From IMG/VR virus record IMGVR_UViG_3300030433_001712, positions 1 to 47,164 of that record: a stretch of 47,164 nucleotides of DNA; one strand, 5' to 3'. Source of the stretch: a virus (taxonomy: Duplodnaviria > Caudoviricetes). The notes under the pieces are model-generated. The model did not search any database and had not been told where the DNA came from. It was given only the letters and a program-made list of their open reading frames with translations. Below, piece after piece: positions 8,581 through 16,600 of this stretch (its first letter is position 1; every line of letters begins with the position of its first letter). Both the position numbers and the translations under genes were made by a program.

Positions 8581-8843
8581 CAGTTCTTGTATCCCCCTCC
8601 AGCTTTCTTGTAGCGTGCCGCCAGAAGCTGTGCTTTACGCGCAGACCACTGACCTGGACGTCCACCCTTGCTTCCTGCTTTGATGGCGTTAAACAGGCGC
8701 TTACGCATCCCTGGCTGGGTGTAGTTGCCCGCCTCATTGACGCGAGATACCTTACCTCCTTTCTTAAACACGCCTCTTCCCTTGAGGATGTCCGCCTTTG
8801 TGATCTTGCCGTCCTTATTCAGATCTGGAAACTTCTTAGCCAT
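8580..8843 (-). CDS. Small basic protein, EF-hand-like N-terminus plus DUF5872-like N-terminal half
   Basis: PDLNKDGKITKADIL; YT.P.MR....IKAGSKGGRPGQWSARKAQLLA..YKKAGGGY. Confidence 0.75.
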   Translation of the reverse strand: MAKKFPDLNKDGKITKADILKGRGVFKKGGKVSRVNEAGNYTQPGMRKRLFNAIKAGSKGGRPGQWSARKAQLLAARYKKAGGGYKN

Positions 8844-9024
8844 GCGATGCTGTTTTGAATGACGCCTTAGCTACAGCGCCAGGATGTGGTTTGTAGTCAC
8901 CCTCCATCAGGTAGTAACGACCAGACTCTTCCATCCAGTGATAACCCTTGGGGGGATCGACAGATACTTTCTTCTTGCCTACAGACAACTTGGTCTTGGC
9001 CTTCGATTTCTTTACGGACTTCAT
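8836..9024 (-). CDS. Small basic hypothetical protein
   Basis: PPKGYHWM...YLM.GDYKPH.GA; start reassigned to ATG 9024 (TGATG coupling). Confidence 0.7.
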   Translation of the reverse strand: MKSVKKSKAKTKLSVGKKKVSVDPPKGYHWMEESGRYYLMEGDYKPHPGAVAKASFKTASHG

Positions 9025-9299
9025 CAGCAGTTCCACTTTCTAAGGGCAAGAGCCTTGCGAGTAGGCTTGCCGTTTGGTTTCCTCATAGGGCCTTTGACAC
9101 CGCTCATGCGTGCACAGAACGACTTGCGCCTCTTGGCCGCCTTACTTCCAGACTTGAGCTTGGAGGGAGGTGTAGTCACTGCCATCTTTAGCTTGCTGCC
9201 AGTCTCTCTGTTGTACTTTGCCACTCCAGCACGAGTCAATCCACCCTTGGGATCCTTGTGCTTGCCCATCTTCAGGCTTACTCTTTTCTTCGCTCTCAT
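9024..9299 (-). CDS. Small basic protein, DUF6321-like
   Basis: KDPKGGLT.AG..KYNRETGS.LK...RRKSFCARM.G...PTR..LALRKW.C. Confidence 0.75.
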   Translation of the reverse strand: MRAKKRVSLKMGKHKDPKGGLTRAGVAKYNRETGSKLKMAVTTPPSKLKSGSKAAKRRKSFCARMSGVKGPMRKPNGKPTRKALALRKWNC

Positions 9300-9601
9300 C
9301 CTCTGAGTCTGTCGTTTTCTTTCTCAAGGAACTCCAAGCGGACCTTGTACTCCGCCAGCTCTTGCAACACTTGCGAGAGTCTGTCTGCTACTGCATTCTT
9401 CTCAATGTACGCCTGCTCAAGCTTCTCTTCTAAGACGGCTACACGTTCGCGCAAGTCTTCTCGGAAAAGGGTTTGCTCGCTGCGATCGTCCTTCTTGGAC
9501 TCGTGCTGCATCTTCAGGCGGTTTTGATAGAACTGCCATGCACCAGCGCTTCCAAGAACAGTGACTACCGTGATTACAATGTTGAGGTAGGCGGGATCCA
9601 T
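9296..9601 (-). CDS. Single-TM plus coiled-coil protein (lysis-associated?)
   Basis: N-terminal IVITVVTVLGSAGAW followed by heptad repeats. Confidence 0.7.
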   Translation of the reverse strand: MDPAYLNIVITVVTVLGSAGAWQFYQNRLKMQHESKKDDRSEQTLFREDLRERVAVLEEKLEQAYIEKNAVADRLSQVLQELAEYKVRLEFLEKENDRLRG

Positions 9602-9981
9602 TATCTCTTATACAGTTGTTCATTGGTGACACGGTACAAATTCCAGATGCTCATGGCACAGATGAGCAACCAGCCCAAGTGTGACCCCTGCATCATTCCT
9701 GCCGACGTGTAGTTGACGACAGTAGCGATTGAAATAATAGATGCGATTTGCACAGCGAGCTTACGCATAGCAAGCCTACCGTTGTAGAGTGCGGCCCAGA
9801 TCTGAAAGCCACCAGCAAGGTGGGCAGCCACTTGAAGGATAGCCCAAGGCTCACCCAACTCAAACATGGCGAAGGGCAGGATGCACATGTGCAACACTCC
9901 GATCATGAGCTCGTTTGATTCCGAGTCACAATACTTGAGCAGGTACTTTGCTCTTGCTAATCCCTTCTCCTTGAGTGGCAT
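9601..9981 (-). CDS. Multi-pass membrane protein (about 4 TM)
   Basis: Four hydrophobic stretches; TAATG couplings. Confidence 0.7.
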   Translation of the reverse strand: MPLKEKGLARAKYLLKYCDSESNELMIGVLHMCILPFAMFELGEPWAILQVAAHLAGGFQIWAALYNGRLAMRKLAVQIASIISIATVVNYTSAGMMQGSHLGWLLICAMSIWNLYRVTNEQLYKR

Positions 9982-10169
9982 TACAACTCTGTCTTCTTAT
10001 GACCTAGCTTTTCGAACAGCCACATGGACGGACACACCTTAAACCAGACGCCTGCCTGAAGCATTACGACCACAAAGAGCACAGCCCCCCACGATCCATA
10101 AAGCGCAGCCAGCGCAAGCACTGCTGACATCAGCAGGTACACCATTCGTATGCTTGTCCATGATTTCAT
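9981..10169 (-). CDS. Small 2-TM protein, DUF2892/YgaP-like
   Basis: R..Y then two TM helices, then VCPSMWLFEKLG. Confidence 0.6.
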   Translation of the reverse strand: MKSWTSIRMVYLLMSAVLALAALYGSWGAVLFVVVMLQAGVWFKVCPSMWLFEKLGHKKTEL

Positions 10170-10228
10170 CAGATCATCTTGTTAAACTCCATAAATGCCC
10201 AAACCAACTTCTTCCAGAACAGCTTCAT
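10169..10228 (-). CDS. 19-aa amphipathic micro-protein MKLFWKKLVWAFMEFNKMI (not in ORF track)
   Basis: ATG overlaps the holin stop (ATGA) and its TGA overlaps the next ATG (TGATG), filling the gap exactly. Confidence 0.6.
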   Translation of the reverse strand: MKLFWKKLVWAFMEFNKMI

Positions 10229-10662
10229 TTTCTAGACTTTTCGATAGTCCGACCTGCGAAGTATGCACCGAATGAGGTCAGCATGAGGATTTCAAGCAAA
10301 GATACATAAGAATCCTTCACGTTAAATGGCAGATTATCAAGGGAATCGAACACCATTGTCACCATAAACATACCCAGTAGGCAGATCAGAGTCACAGGTC
10401 TGATCAGCTTGGCCAGCTTAACGTCGCTACTCATGTCTGCCTCCCATCTTTTTGTAACCTGTTCTTGATACGCAACCTCAGCGTCCACCTTTGCATCCGC
10501 TTCTGCGTTATCCACCTCTGGCTCGTTGTGCAGGAGGTTCTTGACAATGCCAAGCATGCCCCTGTCAGGGAGCATGTGGCCGACCACGTCCAATACCTTG
10601 GGAGCTTTCTGGAGCATCCACGCTCCAAGCTCGGTGTCTTTAATCTTCTTCTCTTCTTTCAT
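10225..10662 (-). CDS. Holin, GTA 3TM-holin-like
   Basis: RWEADMSSD..LAKLIRP, two TM helices, GAYFAGRTIEK; start reassigned to ATG 10662. Confidence 0.75.
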   Translation of the reverse strand: MKEEKKIKDTELGAWMLQKAPKVLDVVGHMLPDRGMLGIVKNLLHNEPEVDNAEADAKVDAEVAYQEQVTKRWEADMSSDVKLAKLIRPVTLICLLGMFMVTMVFDSLDNLPFNVKDSYVSLLEILMLTSFGAYFAGRTIEKSRK

Positions 10663-13600
10663 ATTCGTAAATCTCTTGCATAATTTTAAGGTACTCCTCA
10701 CTGTGTGGCATCAACCTGCCTCTGTCGAAGCTGATGGCCTTGGAGTAGTACTTGTTGTTTAGATCATTGAGCGCTTCGACTCTCTCCTCAGCATTCATCC
10801 GCTGATACTTAGAGGATCCGATGAACTCTTCTACTCTCGCGTATCTGTTCTTGCCTGCAGCCTCCATGAGTCTGTTGATCTGCTCGGTGTTGAGGCGAAC
10901 CTTCTCCGCAGTAAACTCCTCGTCCTTGAGGAAGCTGTACTCTCGGCTATATCTTGAGAGCTTCCTGCTCAAGTCTGGCACAGACATGTTTCTGGTTGTA
11001 GCAAAGCTTGGAGTACCCACCACTCTAGGAAGGTCTTCGGTCTGCTCGTACAACTTGTACATCTCAAACGACACTGGGTCGCTCTGCCCCTGTCTAGCCT
11101 TGGTGATGTCAAACAGCTGGTAGTTGTAAGGCGTATTGCCTGGAGGGTTCTGCTTGATCTCCTCGCCTTTCCAGTTGCGTCTGATTGGCACGTCTCCCAG
11201 TCCAAACGTTCTGTCCTTGATGGTGAACATCATGCGCTTCGCAAGCCTTTCCCCAAAGTCCATGTCCTTGGTAACTCGGGTGTCTGGCAAGTACTCACGA
11301 TCGGCTCTGTAGAATGCTGACAGTTGGTTAGGCAGAACCGTAGCAGAAGCAGCTTGGAACGTGCTACCGAACCAACGCTCGAAGTTCCGCTGGAAGTCCT
11401 TAGCGTCAGAAGAAGCCATTGTGTTGAGCAGGCTGTTGACCCCCTGAAGGAAGCTTTGGTCAAGCATGTAAGCCACTGAAGAGAAAGCACCCACACCCAT
11501 TGACTTAGCGATTGCGTCAGACACGATGCCTGTCAGGCTATCTGCTGCTTGCGCCTCTCTGTCTGTAGTCTTCTCAATGGCACCAATAATCGTACCCACC
11601 ACGCCGAGCTTTGAGTATTGCGCGAACTCATCGCCAGGCTGCAGTGAAGGATCACCACCCTCCAAGTATCGCATCAAACCAGTCACGTTGATGCTGGATG
11701 GAGGGAACTGATCGTAAGCCAAGTTTCTCTTTTCGTCTTCGTCGTCGAACCCAAGAGCTCCTGACACCAATCCCTCTTGAATCAAAATGCGAGCTGCCTG
11801 AGCAGTCATGGTTCCGATAGCAAGCTTGCCGAAGTTCTGAGAGGCAGACCTAGGGTCTCCATTCTTCAAGTCGTTCATCATCCTTGGGATGGCGATGTAC
11901 GGAGAGATGAATGTAAGCGTATCGAGCAAGATGTTAGCTGGAGTCCTGACGTAAGGAACAGTAGATCTCACCACAAACTCAGCAAAGGACTTACCGTCGG
12001 TCCCTGGGATCCATGAGAGCCCTGTAGCCAAGACGTCCTGAAGACCGCGCATGAGCTTTTCTGCTCCCTCTGACACGCCAGTTCTTTCCTGGAACGTAAG
12101 CTTACGCCCCTCTCTCTCTGCTCTCTCTTGCTCCTTCTTGGTTGGGTGCTTGACGAATCGCTTGAGCTGCTCACCCTCCAGACCCTGGGCAAGGCCCGCC
12201 TGATAGAGCTCGATGCCCTCCACCATTCTTCTGAACGGAGTATCACCGATGGCCAACAGCCTGAACATTGCCTCTGCGTTAGCCCCGAAGGTGGCCTGAA
12301 CCATGAGTTTAGCGCGTTGGCTAAACGGAACAGTCCCGCTGTCCTGACGGATAGGGAGGTCCCCTTTGCCAAGTGCAGCCATCATGGATCTGACAGGGGC
12401 GAACCCTCTAGACATTCTCCACTCTGTAACCTCTTTGCTCTGTCCTGTAAACACCTCGTCGAGAGCCTCGACAAAGCCTGCACCGAACTTACGCATTCCG
12501 TACAAGTAGGCGTTGATCGAGTAGCTTCTCTTGAACTCGGACTCGAATCCAACCAAGTTGAACAGCCTTTCGACAGGGAGGGCAATAGCGTCTGCCCCAA
12601 CCTTCGCAATAGCGTTCACCACGTTGTACCCAACGTTCGCGATCTGAGACATAGTGGTCAGCAGGTTGCCTTGGATCAGCTGCCTTCCAAGCTCACCCCA
12701 TCCCTTTTCGATCATAGAGTTGCTGAAGGTCTCTAGCTCTCTCTCCACAGCCTTAACCTCCTTAGTCTTGTCTCTTAGCTCAGCCTCAACATCGTCACCC
12801 TGGATGGCTCTGTTGATGAGATCCTGGTGCTCAGCCTGAAGCAAGAACAGGCGCTCTGTCATGTCCTTCAACTTGGCCGACTGAGGTTCAGTCATCTTGT
12901 TGCCTCTCTTCTCGATCTCAGACTGGATGATGGAGAACAAACCAAACGGAGTCGCCTGCTTGAGCTCTCTGAAGTGACGAAGGATTCTACCAGCAGTAGT
13001 ACCCATCTTGGCTGCCTCTTCGACGAGGTCCGCGATGGCCTTGTTGTCTCCTCTTGCTGCAGCTCTTCTAATGAGCTCAGACGTTGCGAGGACTCCGATA
13101 TCGTCGTTCCTGTTTTGCAGTCTGCCCAACCCGTCGTCAGTCATCTTGTCTACGAGATCCTGATCAGACATGTTGACGAGGCTGTTCTTGATCGCCTGCA
13201 GGTTCTGACGAGAGTAGTAGCTTTCTGGGTTGTTGATGATCTCGCTTCTAGCTCCCGAGTAGGTCTTGGCTGCATTCTGCGCAAAGGCTCTGATACGGAG
13301 CATACCTGAGGATCTACGTTCTGCTGCCTCTGCATTTGCTGCAGCTTCGCTCTCGTTCATGGCCACTTGCGAAGTGATAGGCATGTTGTCGTAAGACTCC
13401 TTGAGGTCTTCGATTGTTTCGAACTCCATGCCGAGGACTCTCTTGGCGTAAGCCTGATATCTCTTCAGAGCCTTGTCATACCTAGGACCACGCTTGATTC
13501 TCTTCGCTCTCTGCTCAGCAGTCTCCTCTCTGCCCTCCTTGAGCACAGGGTCTTGGTAGTCGTAGTACTCAATGTCTCCTCTCAAGTACACAGTGTTGCC

Positions 13601-16600
13601 CACGATAGTGGCTTCTCCTGCACTCTTGATTGGTCTGCCCTGAGCGTCTACGAATACGTTGTGCTTGAATGGGTTGAAGAAAGCCTTGACCCCGTCGAAG
13701 CTTGCGTCTGCAATCTGATCAGACACAAAGCCTCCGTTGACACTGGCCATCGGGTTCTTGTTCTCCTGGAAGGTCAGGATCTTTCTTCTTGAGTTCTGGT
13801 TTACATCAAGCACTGGGTTGCTGACAGTAACAACAGCGGCGTACTTCAAAGCCTCTCCGCTTGCGTTCTTGTCGTGCATGGTTTGGACTGGCACCCCTGT
13901 GTTCTTGTTCACATTGAGGTTCAGTCTAACCCCTACCTGACGACCCTCAGTCATCTCCACGTTCTTGGCCATGATGCGTCTTGAGGTAGCGTCAGTAGCC
14001 AAGGCTTCACGAGCCATCTTCTCGCTGATCTGGACTCCTGGTTTAACCATCAAGCCTTCATCTGCGGTGCGAGTTCTGTACAACGGAGAGTCAACAGCAT
14101 CTTGCTTTGTCTCAAGAGGAAGTCGAAGCTGTCCTGATGATCTGCGATCTGCCTCAGGAGTAGCCATAGGTGTGGGGTCCTGAGGGTTATCGTACGCCTC
14201 ATCTCTTGCATCGATGGCATTCTGAGCTTCGATCTCCACAAACTGCAACGCAGCCTGACGAGCAGCCCCTGAGTTCTTCCAGCTCTTTCTTCTGCTGTAC
14301 ATACCGCTGAACTCAGAGAATTCCTGATACCTTCTAGAGGTCATGGGCTGAGATGGGTCAAGCTCCTTAACGTTTCTTGACGTCACCTGGCTATCTGCAA
14401 AGATGAGCTGGTTGGCTTGTGCTGGAGTGATACCCATGGAGTCAGCGAGTCCGACAATCATGCGCTCAAAGTGCAATCTCTTTGCAGATCCTGGCGCTGG
14501 TGAGTTAACCTTCTTCGCCATGGACTTGTCGAAGAGACGCTTGAGTCTGTTAAACTCCTTTGTGTTCCCACTGTTCGCCATCATCTTGGCCTTCAGCGCC
14601 ATCAACAGCTTCTTGGTGTGAGCTCTTTCTGACTCTGGGTCAGAGTAGGCTCTTGGCTCCATGCCCACCTCCTCTGCAATCTGATCCTGAACGCTAGCCA
14701 GCTGATCCAATGGGTCAGCGTACATGCCGTTGAACGCGGTCAGAGTCTTTAGGTTGTGAGAGTCCAAGGTGATCGCCTCTTCGTTTCCGTTCAGGTTCAG
14801 CGCAAACGTTCCGATCTTGGCGCCAAACAAAGTCTGAGCCACGTATGTTCTGCCGATCACAGAATCCTTAGGACCCTGGAACTCTTGCAGTGCGCCAAAC
14901 ATCTTCTTGAAGTTGACGCTGCCATCACCTCTTCTGTAGTCGTTGGCTTGCTGGTTTAGCTTCTCAAGGTTGTTGGCCACACTCTCTGCTGCAACAGCGT
15001 TCACCCCAGACAGATCAACACCGCTGGTGCTGGTTCCGTTCCGCAAATCGTAGATGATTCTTGGATCGATGTACTGGTCTCCCCCTCTGTCTCTGTACTG
15101 GGCAGAAGCAAAGAAGATGTTAGATGCAGCAGCCATGTTGGTCTTGGCCAAGTTCATCTGAGATGTGATGGCCTTGATCAGATTGTATGCAATGGTGTTC
15201 TCTTCTCTACTTTCGATGAAGATGCCTTCGGCCTCCATCATATCCAAGTCTTCTTCTGTTGCTCGGTTGTTGTTCTCGAAGAACTCAATAGGATCTTTCT
15301 CTCCGAAAATTCTTGTACGCTCCTCCTTGTTTTTGTAGTTGGCGCCCATCATCTCGTTAAAGACAGGGAGTGCAATTTCCAAGAGAGAGTCGTAATCAAC
15401 ATCTCCGTTGGCGTTTGTGAATTTGTTCACATCCACGCCTGCTTCCTCCCTCATGAATCTAGAGAGAAGAGAGTTGGTTGCTGCCTGGCCCTTGAAGTGG
15501 CCTCCGTAAATCTCGTTGAGCACATCGATCACGTTGAGTTTAGAGCCCTTCTCTGAGGCCTCTCTGACGCTCAACTTGAGAGCTCTTGATGATTTACGAT
15601 GTGGCTCGTCAGGCTCGTAAGAGAACTCCTTTCCATCACGCTTGGCGATCTGATCGATCATGTCCTTAGACTTGCGATCGATGTCGTTGACGATCTTCTC
15701 GATAGAAGCAAACATCTTAGAGCCTGGCTCTTGACGAGACATCTTACGCTCCAGAGCTCTGAACTTGCTGCGCATGCGGCTAGCAACGACTGGGTTGACG
15801 ACACCTGCTGCCTCAGCTGCATCGAGCCTAGACTTCATGTTGTCGATGGTACCCATAGGTCCGACCTTCAGCGCGCCTGAGCTGCGTCTGCCGTAGCCCT
15901 TGATGCGATCCACATCGATAGGCTGGCCGTCCTCTGTGGTGAAGTCAAACACGTCTCTGTTCTCACCCATAGACGTGGACTTCTTCCACCAGTTAATGAA
16001 GTGCCACTGATCCTTAAACGTCTTTGTGTCTGCGTAGTCGCCAATGTCTTTTGGCTTCTCTCCAAATCCGTATCTCTTGTAGATCTTTCTGTGGAACTTG
16101 ACCGTGAGCTTTCCGTCCTTGGCCCGCAGTGAAGCAGGAGACAATCCCCTTGAAGACTTTCTTGTCTGAGACGCATCGCTAGTCTTGCCGACTTCAATAG
16201 CTCTAGCCCTGGCAGCGCGCATAGCCCCTGCCGCCTTGATGAAGCTGTCCGTGTCGTTGATCTGGAACTGAGCTGCCTTCTTTCCGAACACGCTAGCCAT
16301 GATCTGGTTGTAGATCAGGCGAGCCTTGTTGATCATAGAGATATCAACCTCTTGATCTCCAGACAAGTAAGAGAACATCTCCATAAGCTCCTCACCGAGA
16401 AGCTCAGATTCGCTCATGTTCTTGCCCTCCTCGTAAGATTCTCTCTTCGCCTTAACTCTAGCCAACAGCGCAGCGTCGTTGCCAAACACTTCTGACTTGA
16501 GCTTGTTTATGATCTCTCTTTGCTTAGCAATAGGAAGCTGCAAGAATGCAGGTTCGATCATGCCGTGACCAACCTCTTCGATCAGGGTCTCAACAAAAGT

